64,000 bases of DNA, taken from contig JAHCAO010000006.1 in the NCBI GenBank assembly GCA_019634835.1, positions 46,298 to 110,297 of the forward strand. Reading direction: 5' to 3'. A model generated the notes under the pieces. That model searched no databases and had not been told where the DNA came from. It saw nothing but the letters and a program-made list of their open reading frames with translations. The position numbers were made by a program, and so were the translations under genes. Source of the stretch: Gammaproteobacteria bacterium (GTDB lineage: Bacteria; Pseudomonadota; Gammaproteobacteria; DSM-16500). Positions 31,277-41,359 of this stretch are shown one piece after another. The stretch's first letter is position 1. Every line of letters begins with the position of its first letter.

Positions 31277-31643
31277 TAAATTGCCGCAAACATCCTTCCG
31301 TACCAATTTTATTTTTCTCGCAGTCTTGCTCCTGTGTGTTGCCCCAAAAAATAGACACTGTTTCATTAGGGTCACTCCCTTTTATTGTACCTCTGCCTTG
31401 AGGTAGTACTTCTTGGTTCTGTTTGTTCCATGCATTTAGCAATGCTTGGTACTGATTATTTTTTATTAGCTTGAGTTTTTCCGAAATAACATTTATTTGC
31501 TGTTGTGCAGCGGCAAAGTAATACACAGACCTAGATTGCTGTATCGATGTCACAAGCACCGCATCTACTCCTAACAACAAGATGGAAATAAGCATGAGGC
31601 TGGTTAATAACTCAATCAAACTAATGCCGGTTTGTCGCAGCAT
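31269..31643 (-). CDS. PilV/FimT-like type IV minor pilin
   Basis: 124 aa. N-terminus MLRQTG|ISLIELLTSLMLISILLLG is a class III (prepilin) signal with a methylation motif. Confidence 0.65.
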   Translation of the reverse strand: MLRQTGISLIELLTSLMLISILLLGVDAVLVTSIQQSRSVYYFAAAQQQINVISEKLKLIKNNQYQALLNAWNKQNQEVLPQGRGTIKGSDPNETVSIFWGNTQEQDCEKNKIGTEGCLRQFIA

Positions 31644-31672
31644 GCTTCCTCCTCATTCATTTTTTTTGATCT

Positions 31673-31754
31673 TATAGAGGTGCATAACATGTTTTTTGCA
31701 AGAAGAGGATAAGGGTATTTTTCCTTGCAAAAAACGTGCCATACCCCCATAGGG
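31673..31754 (+). repeat. Family A derivative lacking the core (A5)
   Basis: The left arm TATAGAGGTGCATAACATGTTTTTTGCAAGAAGAGGATAAGGGTATTTT is homologous to the A4 left arm. It is joined directly to CCTTGCAAAAAACGTGCCATACCCCCATAG, which matches the outer right arm. The core and inner right arm are absent. Confidence 0.6.
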
Positions 31755-31858
31755 TAATTATCACCTCTAGGTCAGTATTAGTAGGGAAAAAATTAAGAAT
31801 TTACGTATTAAATTTTCAAAAAAGTCTCTTGGTATGATATTGAGAGTGGCAGATTCGC

Positions 31859-31889
31859 GAACCCTAATGAGATTAATCATTTAGGGTTC
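31859..31889. other. 9-bp hairpin just downstream of the serC stop
   Basis: GAACCCTAA - 13 nt - TTAGGGTTC. There is no U-tract on either strand, so a terminator role is doubtful. Confidence 0.3.
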
Positions 31890-31902
31890 TTATAATATCA
31901 CT

Positions 31903-32991
31903 TCAACCCTTTCGTCTAGCAAAGTCCATCATAAAATCAGCTAACATATTGACGCCATCTTCTGGCATGGCATTGTAAATACTCGCTCGCACACCACCAC
32001 TAACACGATGGCCTCGTAAGTTTGTCAATCCAATTTTTTCTGCTTCCTCAAGAAAATGCGGTGTTAATGTTTCATTGCACAAATGAAACATCACATTCAT
32101 CAAGGAACGACAATCAGGATGAACACGGCTAATATAAAAATCTTTATACTGATCGATAAGAGAATATAATGTCTTTGCTTTACGCAGATTTTGCTGATAA
32201 AACGCTTGCACACCACCTTTATGTTTCATCCATGCTAACACTAATCCTGAAATATACCAACTATAGGTAGGCGGTGTATTATAAAATGAATTGTGTTCAG
32301 CATGCAGCTTATAAGAATAAAGAGCGGGAGTTTTTGGTAATGGTTCTTTAATTAAATCCTCGCGAATAATTACAACGGTAATACCCGCTTGCCCAATATT
32401 TTTTTGTGCACCTGCATAGATAATTCCATAATCATTTACATTAACAGGTCTTGATAAAATCATTGATGTCATATCTGCTACCAGTGGTACATTGCCTGTT
32501 TGGGGGATCCACTGAAATTCAATTCCGCCAATCGTTTCATTGGGGGTATAGTGGAGATATACAGCATCTTCATTCATAGTCCATTGGTCCTGGGCTGGAA
32601 TATAATCAAGACGATCTTGATGTTGTGTTTGAGCCACAACATTCACCCTTCCATAACGGCTTGCCTCTGCTATCGCTTTTTTGGACCAGATCCCTGTATC
32701 AACATAGTCAGCACTTCTCTTTCCATCGAACAGATTGAGCGGCACCATAGAAAATTGTGTAGTCGCACCACCAGCCAAAAAAAGTACTTGATAATTTTTA
32801 GGTATTGACATGAGTTCACGTAAATCAGCTTCCGCTTTTTCTGCCACTCTCTTAAATTCAGGCCCGCGGTGTCCTAACTCCATGATTGACATACCAGTCT
32901 CATGCCAATCTAACATTTCAGCTTGAGCTTGCAGCAATACTTCTTCTGGAAGCATGGCTGGCCCTGCACTAAAATTATATACTTTGCGCAT
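31903..32991 (-). CDS. serC: Phosphoserine aminotransferase
   Basis: MRKVYNFSAGPAMLPEEVL matches the SerC N-terminus. The PLP-Lys region is GAQKNIG. ATG 32991 has a GGTGGAAAGA SD; the listed ORF starts 17 codons further upstream. Confidence 0.92.
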   Translation of the reverse strand: MRKVYNFSAGPAMLPEEVLLQAQAEMLDWHETGMSIMELGHRGPEFKRVAEKAEADLRELMSIPKNYQVLFLAGGATTQFSMVPLNLFDGKRSADYVDTGIWSKKAIAEASRYGRVNVVAQTQHQDRLDYIPAQDQWTMNEDAVYLHYTPNETIGGIEFQWIPQTGNVPLVADMTSMILSRPVNVNDYGIIYAGAQKNIGQAGITVVIIREDLIKEPLPKTPALYSYKLHAEHNSFYNTPPTYSWYISGLVLAWMKHKGGVQAFYQQNLRKAKTLYSLIDQYKDFYISRVHPDCRSLMNVMFHLCNETLTPHFLEEAEKIGLTNLRGHRVSGGVRASIYNAMPEDGVNMLADFMMDFARRKG

Positions 32992-33089
32992 TCTTTCCAC
33001 CTTGTCAATTGTTCTGCTTTCAAGTTTGATCTGTAATGTCATAATGAAAAAACCTCATGCTGCCCACTTTGAGTGACTATACCTGTGGT

Positions 33090-33300
33090 ATTTCAATTTT
33101 GGGTATTCTATAGGCGCATGGCACGTTTTTTACAAGAGGAGGTGGGTATTTTGTATGAACCATTCATTCGCAGACAGGAGTCTGCGAGAGCAAAACCCAA
33201 TCAGGGATGAGTGTGTTTTGCGGTGAAGGGCGAAGGAAAAATACCCACCTCCTCTTGTAAAAAACGTGCCATGCGCCTATAGAATACCCAAAATTGAAAT
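33090..33300 (+). repeat. Family A palindromic element, copy A4 (longest arms)
   Basis: Perfect 63-bp inverted arms (33090-33152 / 33238-33300), verified base by base, around the conserved core. Lies in the divergent serC / marC-like spacer, 70 nt upstream of the marC-like start. Confidence 0.9.
33155..33226 (+). other. Candidate micro-ORF inside the A4 core (MNHSFADRSLREQNPIRDECVLR)
   Basis: Intact ATG...TGA. GAGGAGGTGGG lies 8 nt upstream. Confidence 0.2.
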
Positions 33301-33370
33301 GACGAGTATATCTTCCTGCTATCCTAGCAATTATTATTCTGCTTCGCTATCATGATCGCATTAAGAGAGG

Positions 33371-34009
33371 ATGTGTACCGTGTCCTATGCCGATACTGTT
33401 AAATTTCTTGTAGCAATGATTATTATGATGAACCCATTAGGTTCATTATCTATTTTTTTACAACTAACGAGTAAGTTTTCACTCTTCCATCAACGAAAAA
33501 CGGCGGTTACCTGCGGGTTATCTATTACCATTATTATGGTCGCTACCATTTGGATTGGCAGTCAATTGCTCGATCTATTGGGAATCACTATCTCCTCATT
33601 TCGGTTTGCCGGAGGTATTATCTTATTGTTAACAGGCTTGTCCATGCTGCAATCTAAGGAAAGCCCTATTAGCCATACTCCTGAAGATGATATTGCAGCA
33701 GAAGAGCGCCACTCCATTGCTATCGTTCCATTAGCCCTACCCATCATCATTGGCCCTGGCGCAATTAGCACCCTTGTGATCGCATCAAACGATTACCCCA
33801 ATTTCACCTTAAAACTCTGGCTATCCATCTTATGCATCATTTTAGCATTGAGTATGTTTGTCTTATTATACTACGGAGCAATCATAGGCAAGCTCGTTGG
33901 TGAATCTGTCATGAAAGTGATTACTCGCATTATGGGTATGATTATTATGGCTATTGCTGTTGGCATGCTGGCAAATGGTTTAATTGGATTAATTCCTGCA
34001 TTGAGGTAA
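33371..34009 (+). CDS. MarC-family (UPF0056) integral membrane protein
   Basis: 212 aa with 6 TM segments. Has the NPLG motif near the N-terminus and a PLAxPxIxGPGAI motif. Confidence 0.8.
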   Translation: MCTVSYADTVKFLVAMIIMMNPLGSLSIFLQLTSKFSLFHQRKTAVTCGLSITIIMVATIWIGSQLLDLLGITISSFRFAGGIILLLTGLSMLQSKESPISHTPEDDIAAEERHSIAIVPLALPIIIGPGAISTLVIASNDYPNFTLKLWLSILCIILALSMFVLLYYGAIIGKLVGESVMKVITRIMGMIIMAIAVGMLANGLIGLIPALR

Positions 34010-34043
34010 AAGCCATAGAACAAGAGTCAATCATCCTTATGTG

Positions 34044-34067
34044 TTCACGAAAGTAGCCATAGGATCC
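34044..34067 (-). repeat. Family B short repeat, copy B5 (right half only)
   Basis: The reverse complement reads GGATCCTATGGCTACTTTCGTGAA. It begins 3 nt after the fumC stop. Confidence 0.5.
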
Positions 34068-34069
34068 CT

Positions 34070-35470
34070 TTAGCCTTTAGGGCCTATCATCAATTCTGGC
34101 CTGACGAGTTCCTTAAACTCTTTCTCGCTCAATAATCCCAGTGCAAGTGTAGCTTCAAGCAAAGAGGTCCCATCATGCCAAGCTTTATGTGCAATTTGAG
34201 CTGCTTTATCATAGCCAATCTTCGGCGCTAACGCTGTCACTAACATCAGTGAATGATTCACTGATTCTTTAATGGCCCGCTCATCCGCTATCAAATCTTT
34301 TACACAATATTGATTAAACATTCGCGCTGAATCTGCAAGTAATCGTATAGATTGCATAAAATTATGTATGATGACAGGTTTAAATACATTTAATTCAAAG
34401 TTACCCTGAGAATCAGCAAACCCTATTACTGCGTCATTACCCATCACTTGTACGCACACCATTGTCATCGCTTCGGATTGGGTTGGGTTTACTTTTCCAG
34501 GCATGATAGAAGAACCTGGCTCATTCGCTGGCAGCACCAATTCACCTAAACCACAACGAGGACCCGATCCTAACCAGCGAATATCATTTGCAATTTTCAT
34601 TAATGCGCAAGCTAATGTCTTCAATGCACCGCTTGCAAAAACAAATGCATCATGTGCAGCCAGTGCTGCAAATTTATTTGGTGCAGTTACAAATGGCAAT
34701 CCTGTCAATTCAGCAATTTTTATTGCGGCCATTTCAGCAAATTTTGGGTGTGTATTTAAGCCTGTGCCAACAGCAGTGCCACCAATAGCAAGTTCATACA
34801 ATCCAGGTAATGTCTTTTTAATATTTTCCATCGCTGCATCAAGTTGAGCCACATAGCCAGAAAACTCTTGACCCAAAGTCAGTGGTACTGCATCTTGTAA
34901 ATGTGTACGTCCCGTTTTAACAATATGAGAAAATTTTTTTTGCTTTTCAGCCAGTCCATCACGCAACGCTTTAATCGCTGGAAGCAAGTCATTGACTAAT
35001 GATTGGGCTGCAGCAATATGCATAGCGGTCGGAAAGGTATCATTAGAAGATTGCGATTGATTCACATGGTCATTAGGATGAACAGGATCTTTTCCACCTA
35101 TCTTGCCTGTGGCGATTTCAATAGCACGATGACTAATCACCTCATTCACATTCATGTTAGTCTGAGTACCGCTGCCTGTTTGCCATACACGCAAGGGAAA
35201 TTGATCGTTTAATTTACCTGCAATGACTTCATCCGCCGCTTTACCAATCCATTCCATCATCTGCTGACTCATGAGTCCGAGTTCATAATTAGTGATAGCT
35301 GCTGCTTTCTTTAAAATACCAAAAGCTTGAATTAATTCTTTTGGCATCCTATCGCAGCCAATGGCAAAATGCTCAAGAGATCGCTGTGTCTGGGCACCCC
35401 AATATTTGTCGGCAGGAACTTCAATACTGCCCATACTATCAGATTCTAATCGTTGATTGATTGTTGTCAT
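34070..35470 (-). CDS. fumC: Class II fumarate hydratase
   Basis: [11 protein letters not shown] signature, TGRTHLQDA, and N-terminus [26 protein letters not shown] 35470 follows the pepN stop by 1 nt, with a GGGGAGGGG SD. Confidence 0.95.
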   Translation of the reverse strand: MTTINQRLESDSMGSIEVPADKYWGAQTQRSLEHFAIGCDRMPKELIQAFGILKKAAAITNYELGLMSQQMMEWIGKAADEVIAGKLNDQFPLRVWQTGSGTQTNMNVNEVISHRAIEIATGKIGGKDPVHPNDHVNQSQSSNDTFPTAMHIAAAQSLVNDLLPAIKALRDGLAEKQKKFSHIVKTGRTHLQDAVPLTLGQEFSGYVAQLDAAMENIKKTLPGLYELAIGGTAVGTGLNTHPKFAEMAAIKIAELTGLPFVTAPNKFAALAAHDAFVFASGALKTLACALMKIANDIRWLGSGPRCGLGELVLPANEPGSSIMPGKVNPTQSEAMTMVCVQVMGNDAVIGFADSQGNFELNVFKPVIIHNFMQSIRLLADSARMFNQYCVKDLIADERAIKESVNHSLMLVTALAPKIGYDKAAQIAHKAWHDGTSLLEATLALGLLSEKEFKELVRPELMIGPKG

Positions 35471-35471
35471 A

Positions 35472-38144
35472 CTACCCCTCCCCAAGGCTTTTTATCACGA
35501 GTTCATATAAGTCCTTTGATATTTTTTTATCTTGCAAAAGCAATTCCAACTGCTCCCGCATTAGCTGTTGGCGCTTATTATCATAGCGCTTCCATGTGGT
35601 CAAAGGCTTCACCATTCGACTCGCCACTTGTGGATTAAGCTTATCCAACTGATTGACTACCTCTCTAAGAAAGGCATAACCTTCGCCATTGTCCGCGTGA
35701 AAATTAATGAGATTACGCTGCCCAAATGTTCCAATAAGAGAATAAACTTTATTAGGATTTTTTATGTCAAATGCCTCATGCTGCATTAGTTTTTTCACTT
35801 CTCGCAGCATGTCAGATAATTTAGACGCTGCTTGTATAGCAAACCATTTATCAACAACAAGAGCATCATGTTTCCAGACTGTATAGAAACGATTAAGCGC
35901 TTTTTCTCTTAATGGAGAATCAATATTAGCTAACCCCACCAATGCAGATTGAGTATCTGTCATGTTTTTTTCCAATGACGATTCAAATTGCTGCATTCCA
36001 ACATCTGCATATTCTGGCAATAACATTAGATAAGTTAAACAACGATTTTTCAATTGCCGTTTTCCAATAGCTTGAATGTTAAACTGATACGTTTCTGACG
36101 AATCATGGTTTTGATAATAAGTTTCAAGAAATAATTTTTGCAGCTGTTTTGCTATTTCTGTGACAACAAATTCACGAACCGCATGGATTGCATCAATATC
36201 AATGGTCTCCATTTGTTCGCCAATATAATGTTCTGACGGCAGCGACAACATCTCAGCCAGTAAAAAATCATCACTAGTATCATGGCGCAATATATATTCA
36301 TACATTTCGACTAATTCATATGGCAAGTGCAATGGTCGATGATGACGATAATCTTGTATTAAATTCATGAACATTCGCAGAGTATATTTCTGCCCTGCTT
36401 CCCATCGATTAAATGAGTCTTTATCATGTTTAAATAAGAATTTTAAGTCATCGTCTGAATAAGCAAAATTTAATTTAACTGGTGCTGAAAAATGACGTAG
36501 CAACGAAGGCACAGGCCGCACTAATACATTATCAAATTGAAAAATCTGTGATGCTGCTGTCAAATGCAGCACTTTTTCATTTTCTACTGGCTCGTTATTA
36601 ATTTGAAGTGGAATTTCATTTCCCTGCTCATCAAAAAAACCCATTCTTATTGGAATATACAATGGTTTTTTTATAGATTGACCTGATGTGGAAGGCGTGT
36701 GTTGATTTATTATCAAACGATAAATTTTTTGCTCCGCGTCATAATCCTCTTCAACATGCAACACAGGTGTGCCAGCTTGACTATACCAAAGCCTAAACTG
36801 TCTCAAATCAGCACCAGAGACATCTTCCATCGCTTTTATATAATCTTCTATAGTGACTGCTTGGCCATCATGTCTAGCAAAGTACAAATCCATACCCTTG
36901 CGAAACATTGCTTTACCAAGAATGGTTTGTAACATGCGCAATATTTCTGCGCCCTTGTTATAAATCGTGGAAGTATAAAAATTATTAATCTCAATATAAG
37001 AATCAGGCCTAACTGCATGCGCTAATGGACCTGCATCTTCAGAGAATTGGACTTCTCGCAATCCATTGACTTCTTGAATACGCATGACTGCGCGTGAAAG
37101 TATGTCTTCAGAAAAAGTTTGATCTCTAAATATCGTTAACCCTTCCTTCAAGCTTAGTTGAAACCAATCACGGCAAGTCACACGGTTACCACTCCAATTA
37201 TGAAAATACTCATGGCCAATGACAGACAAGATATGCATATAATCTGTATCGGTTGCTATTTCAGGCTTGGCTAAAACATATTTTGTATTGAAGATATTTA
37301 AGCCCTTATTTTCCATGGCACCCATATTAAAGTCACCAATAGCAACAATCATGTAGGTATCTAAATCATATTCACGCCCATAAGCTTTTTCATCCCAACG
37401 CATCGCCTCTTTTAAAGCATACATCGCATGATAAGCTTGACTGCCATAACCCTTTTCAACATAGATAAGTAATTTAATTTCGCGATTAGATTGAGTAATG
37501 AATTTATCTTCAATCACGTCAAAGTCACCTGCGACTAAAGCAAATAAGTAACACGGTTTTTTAAATGGGTCTTCCCATTTTACCCAATGCTTACCATTCT
37601 CTAACTTTCCTGAATCTATTAAATTTCCATTAGATAATAAATAAGGAAATCTTGACTCCTCTGCAGCGATTTTTACCGTGTAACAAGACAATATGTCAGG
37701 TCTATCGACAAAGTAAGTTATTCGCCTAAAACCTTCCGCCTCGCATTGCGTGCAATAAGTATTGGTAGACCGATATAATCCACTTAAGGCAGTATTTTTT
37801 TGTGGATAAATTCTTGTTGTTATTTCAAGATCAAAATTGTCTGGCACATTGTGAACCATTAACCACTGGTCCGTCACTTGAAATTGTGCATTACTAAGCA
37901 AATTGCCGTTTATCTTAATGGATTCTAAGACTAACTCTACTCCATTCAATACTAAATCTTTTACCTTGCTCGCGCTAAGCCGATTATGACGTACGCGTAA
38001 ATAGGATTTAACAAGGGTGTGATCCTCATTAAGATCAAACTCAAGATCCACTTTATCAATTAAATAGGCTGGAACTTGATAATCTTTTAAATAAACCGAT
38101 TTCGGTTCATTTATAAATTCATTCTGCATGGCTGATTCAGACAT
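35472..38144 (-). CDS. pepN: Aminopeptidase N (M1 family)
   Basis: GAMEN exopeptidase motif, [13 protein letters not shown] zinc motif plus downstream LKEG. Length is about 890 aa. AAGGAG SD lies upstream of ATG 38144. Confidence 0.93.
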   Translation of the reverse strand: MSESAMQNEFINEPKSVYLKDYQVPAYLIDKVDLEFDLNEDHTLVKSYLRVRHNRLSASKVKDLVLNGVELVLESIKINGNLLSNAQFQVTDQWLMVHNVPDNFDLEITTRIYPQKNTALSGLYRSTNTYCTQCEAEGFRRITYFVDRPDILSCYTVKIAAEESRFPYLLSNGNLIDSGKLENGKHWVKWEDPFKKPCYLFALVAGDFDVIEDKFITQSNREIKLLIYVEKGYGSQAYHAMYALKEAMRWDEKAYGREYDLDTYMIVAIGDFNMGAMENKGLNIFNTKYVLAKPEIATDTDYMHILSVIGHEYFHNWSGNRVTCRDWFQLSLKEGLTIFRDQTFSEDILSRAVMRIQEVNGLREVQFSEDAGPLAHAVRPDSYIEINNFYTSTIYNKGAEILRMLQTILGKAMFRKGMDLYFARHDGQAVTIEDYIKAMEDVSGADLRQFRLWYSQAGTPVLHVEEDYDAEQKIYRLIINQHTPSTSGQSIKKPLYIPIRMGFFDEQGNEIPLQINNEPVENEKVLHLTAASQIFQFDNVLVRPVPSLLRHFSAPVKLNFAYSDDDLKFLFKHDKDSFNRWEAGQKYTLRMFMNLIQDYRHHRPLHLPYELVEMYEYILRHDTSDDFLLAEMLSLPSEHYIGEQMETIDIDAIHAVREFVVTEIAKQLQKLFLETYYQNHDSSETYQFNIQAIGKRQLKNRCLTYLMLLPEYADVGMQQFESSLEKNMTDTQSALVGLANIDSPLREKALNRFYTVWKHDALVVDKWFAIQAASKLSDMLREVKKLMQHEAFDIKNPNKVYSLIGTFGQRNLINFHADNGEGYAFLREVVNQLDKLNPQVASRMVKPLTTWKRYDNKRQQLMREQLELLLQDKKISKDLYELVIKSLGEG

Positions 38145-38369
38145 CCACCTCTCCTTAATCACGCTGATATTACTGGCAAGACACTAGTCAATAAAACACT
38201 TAAGTGAAACGCTACGGGTATAGATGATAAACAGATCACTTCATGGGGGCAAGATCAAAGGTTCCTTGAGCTCTTCTACTATGCTTAAATGTTCGTTTAT
38301 GCTAACATACTGTTTAAATTAAAGTATCGTCAAATTAGAATAAAGCATTAAAAGGTAGATAATCACAAC

Positions 38370-39071
38370 ATGAATCAAAACTATGATGCACAAGAGCTAG
38401 CAAAATTTGCCAGCTTAGCAGCACATTGGTGGGATCCCAAGGGTGAACTTAAAACACTGCATCAAATAAATCCTATAAGATTAAGTTATATAAAAGAAAT
38501 AATTGATATAACAGGTAAAACGATGATCGATATTGGTTGTGGGGGTGGAATACTCACAGAAAGTCTCGCTATTCATGGTGCTCATATGACTGGTATTGAT
38601 ATGAACCCGTCTGTGATTGAGGTTGCGAAATTACATCAGTTAGAATCTGGCATAGATGTCGAATATTTATGTACCTCTGCTGAATCTATTGCGGCTGAAC
38701 GCCCCTCTCAATATGATGCTGCAGTTTGTTTAGAAATGTTGGAACATGTACCTGACCCCTCTTCAGTCATTCAAGCATGCGCAAGGCTGGTGAAACCGGG
38801 AGGATACGTGTTTTTTTCTACCCTAAACCGTCACCCTAAATCCTATCTTTTTGCCATTTTAGGTGCAGAATATTTACTGAAGATTTTACCTAAAAATACT
38901 CATGATTATGCAAAATTCATCCGTCCGTCAGAAATAACCCGTTGGGCAAGGCAAGCCGATTTGATACCACAAGAGATGAAAGGAATCTCATACAACCCAT
39001 TTTCACAAAAATTCAGCTTCACTCAGGACATCTCTGTGAATTATTTGTTTCTCACCAAAAGAGCACAATAA
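38370..39071 (+). CDS. ubiG: Ubiquinone biosynthesis O-methyltransferase
   Basis: FxxxAxxWWDPxGExKxLHxINPxRLxYI N-terminus, a SAM motif DIGCGGGILTE, and LEMLEHVPDP. Confidence 0.9.
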   Translation: MNQNYDAQELAKFASLAAHWWDPKGELKTLHQINPIRLSYIKEIIDITGKTMIDIGCGGGILTESLAIHGAHMTGIDMNPSVIEVAKLHQLESGIDVEYLCTSAESIAAERPSQYDAAVCLEMLEHVPDPSSVIQACARLVKPGGYVFFSTLNRHPKSYLFAILGAEYLLKILPKNTHDYAKFIRPSEITRWARQADLIPQEMKGISYNPFSQKFSFTQDISVNYLFLTKRAQ

Positions 39072-39727
39072 TGACTTCATTTCGCGCCGTACTTTTTGAT
39101 TTAGATGGCACATTACTAGATACCGCTCCTGACCTCACACTCACTGTCAATCTTCTACGAGGAGAGTATGGCATGCCAGTCTTACCTATGTCCGCTGTAA
39201 GACCCATTGCAAGCTATGGCTCAAAAGCAATGATAAAACAAGCATTTGAAATAGATGAGCACCATCCCACATTCAACTTGTTACGAGAAAAATTTCTAGC
39301 CATCTATGAACAACATCTCTCTGATTCCACACAATTCTTTCCCAACATAGAAAATGTACTGACCCATTTAGAAAGCAACCAGATCCCCTGGGGAATAGTC
39401 ACCAATAAACTCACCAAACATACTATGGCCTTATTAAAGAATTTACAAATTGACCATAGACCAGCTTGCGTGGTTTGCGGTGACTCCCTCCCTACACATA
39501 AACCTGATCCTGCGCCCATACGTTATGCATGTGAGCTGTTGCGGCAAGAACCTAAGCATTGCTTATATGTTGGCGATGCGGCCACCGATGTGATGGCCAG
39601 TAAAGCTGCTGGGACTACCTCATTAGTAGCATTATATGGCTATATACATACCAGCGAAGAACCATCTACATGGCAAGCTGACGGCTATGTACGTGAGCCC
39701 ATTGAAATTATTCATTGGCTGAAATAA
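39071..39727 (+). CDS. HAD-family phosphatase (phosphoglycolate phosphatase / MupP-like)
   Basis: DLDGTLLDT motif I, TNK motif II and GDAATD motif IV. The ATG overlaps the ubiG TAA stop (TAATG). Confidence 0.8.
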   Translation: MTSFRAVLFDLDGTLLDTAPDLTLTVNLLRGEYGMPVLPMSAVRPIASYGSKAMIKQAFEIDEHHPTFNLLREKFLAIYEQHLSDSTQFFPNIENVLTHLESNQIPWGIVTNKLTKHTMALLKNLQIDHRPACVVCGDSLPTHKPDPAPIRYACELLRQEPKHCLYVGDAATDVMASKAAGTTSLVALYGYIHTSEEPSTWQADGYVREPIEIIHWLK

Positions 39728-39739
39728 AGCGTCTTATCC

Positions 39740-40378
39740 TTATGCGGCGTGCGTACCCGCATCAATAATGTCTCTCGATTTCACTAATCGCACACCAGCC
39801 GCTTGCATTTCTTCAAGTGACAATGCAATGTCTCCAGGTTTTAACGCCACTCCCCGACATGCATCCTCTATGAGATAAACGTTAAAACCCAACTGTCTAG
39901 CATCCAACGCAGAATACTTTACGCAATAATCTGTCGCCAGACCCATAATATAAATATCTTCGATTTTCTCATGACGCAAATACTCATCTAATCCCGTAGA
40001 GCGCTGATGTGCGTTATCAAAAAAAGCACTATAACTATCAATCGTTTTATCAACACCTTTATAAAAAATTTTACTTACTTTGCGAGTCTCTAGACCCGGG
40101 TGAAATTCAGCTCCCCTTGAACTTTGCTCACAATGGCTAGGCCATAAAATTTGCGGCACGCCATCGATGATGATAGTGTCTCCCACCCCCTTATCAGGGT
40201 GATTAGCTGCAAAACTGGTATGATCATGGGGATGCCAATCTTGTGTCGCTATAATCAAATCAAAATAAGCTTGCAATTCATTAGCCAGTGGAATCACTTC
40301 ATCGCCGCCTGGCACCGCTAAACTACCGCCCTTACAAAAATCATTCTGCAAATCGACCATAATTAATGCTTTTTTCAT
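39740..40378 (-). CDS. pncA: Nicotinamidase / pyrazinamidase (isochorismatase family)
   Basis: LIMVDLQNDFCxGGSLAV, QDWHPxDHxSF metal site, and the catalytic Cys in GLATDYCV. Confidence 0.85.
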   Translation of the reverse strand: MKKALIMVDLQNDFCKGGSLAVPGGDEVIPLANELQAYFDLIIATQDWHPHDHTSFAANHPDKGVGDTIIIDGVPQILWPSHCEQSSRGAEFHPGLETRKVSKIFYKGVDKTIDSYSAFFDNAHQRSTGLDEYLRHEKIEDIYIMGLATDYCVKYSALDARQLGFNVYLIEDACRGVALKPGDIALSLEEMQAAGVRLVKSRDIIDAGTHAA

Positions 40379-40477
40379 TGCTGTTACCCTTCTTTCTTAA
40401 CTTCACCTTTTAACCATATCTTCTTTTATTTATTATAATATCTGGTTCTTCCTGCCAATCAGCAAGTTGAGGTCATT

Positions 40478-41344
40478 ATGTCTTATGTTCTTTCAGATCT
40501 AGGGGTTATAAAACTCTTAGGAACTGAAGTAAAGCAATTCTTACAAGGCCAATTAACCTGTGATGTTGAATCTATCACAGCATCACACAGCTGTATGGGT
40601 GCACATTGTAACCCACAGGGGCGAGTGATTAGTTTTTTTTATTTATTCATGTTTCGGGAATCTTATTATATGCTAATGCAGCGCAGCATGATTCCTATTG
40701 CAATAACAGCACTGAAAAAATACTCCATTTTTTATAACATTGAATTAATTGATGCAAGCATAGAAACTGTTGTCATTGGCAGTATGGATGCTAGTTTTGC
40801 TCAAGATCATCCGCCAACAGAATATGCTGTCATTCCAATCTACTCCAATCAACCACGCCACTTGTTCATATATAACTTAAAAACTGCCAACACTACATGG
40901 TGTCCACCCATCACACAGCCCAGTCAACAACATTCAAATGATTGGAAACGTTTCAATATCATGGATCGCATACCAACCATTTATCCAGAAACTTCTGGTC
41001 AGTTTCTTCCTCACGAAATTAATCTCGACAAACTACATGCTATTAATTTTGAAAAAGGTTGTTACACAGGCCAAGAAATTATTGCTCGCATGCATTATCG
41101 GGCCAAGTTAAAAAACCATATTTATATTGCCACAGCCTTGGGTGACATCCCGCCGCTGCCTGGATCAGATATTTACTCCTTGCATGGAGATAAAATAAAA
41201 GCATGCGGAATCATTGTTGATGCAGCATATGAAGAAGAGCATCACAAATATCATCTATTAATTATGACTAATGAATTAGAAACTAAACATCCTCATTTAT
41301 TCTTAGACCATGATAAAAAAATTAAATTAATTGATATACATTAA
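40478..41344 (+). CDS. ygfZ: YgfZ-family folate-binding protein (Fe-S cluster repair / tRNA modification)
   Basis: Carries the signature KGCYTGQEIIARMHYR. Has a GcvT-like N-terminal fold pattern. Confidence 0.8.
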   Translation: MSYVLSDLGVIKLLGTEVKQFLQGQLTCDVESITASHSCMGAHCNPQGRVISFFYLFMFRESYYMLMQRSMIPIAITALKKYSIFYNIELIDASIETVVIGSMDASFAQDHPPTEYAVIPIYSNQPRHLFIYNLKTANTTWCPPITQPSQQHSNDWKRFNIMDRIPTIYPETSGQFLPHEINLDKLHAINFEKGCYTGQEIIARMHYRAKLKNHIYIATALGDIPPLPGSDIYSLHGDKIKACGIIVDAAYEEEHHKYHLLIMTNELETKHPHLFLDHDKKIKLIDIH

Positions 41345-41359
41345 CAAGTGAGAAAGAAA

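Noticed and set aside
31277-31375. Longer pilW-like ORF starting at ATG 31375 (MTLMKQCLFFG...).
   Set aside because: It would overlap the pilV-like gene by about 100 nt and would place about 50 residues before the prepilin cleavage site. TTG 31276, overlapping the pilV stop, is more consistent with a prepilin leader, but the start remains uncertain.
6501-33300. Possibility that the repeated elements form a CRISPR array or are Rho-independent terminators.
   Set aside because: Copies are kilobases apart with no regular repeat-spacer periodicity and no cas genes, so this is not CRISPR. The long stems of families A, C and D are not followed by U-tracts on either strand, so they are not textbook intrinsic terminators.
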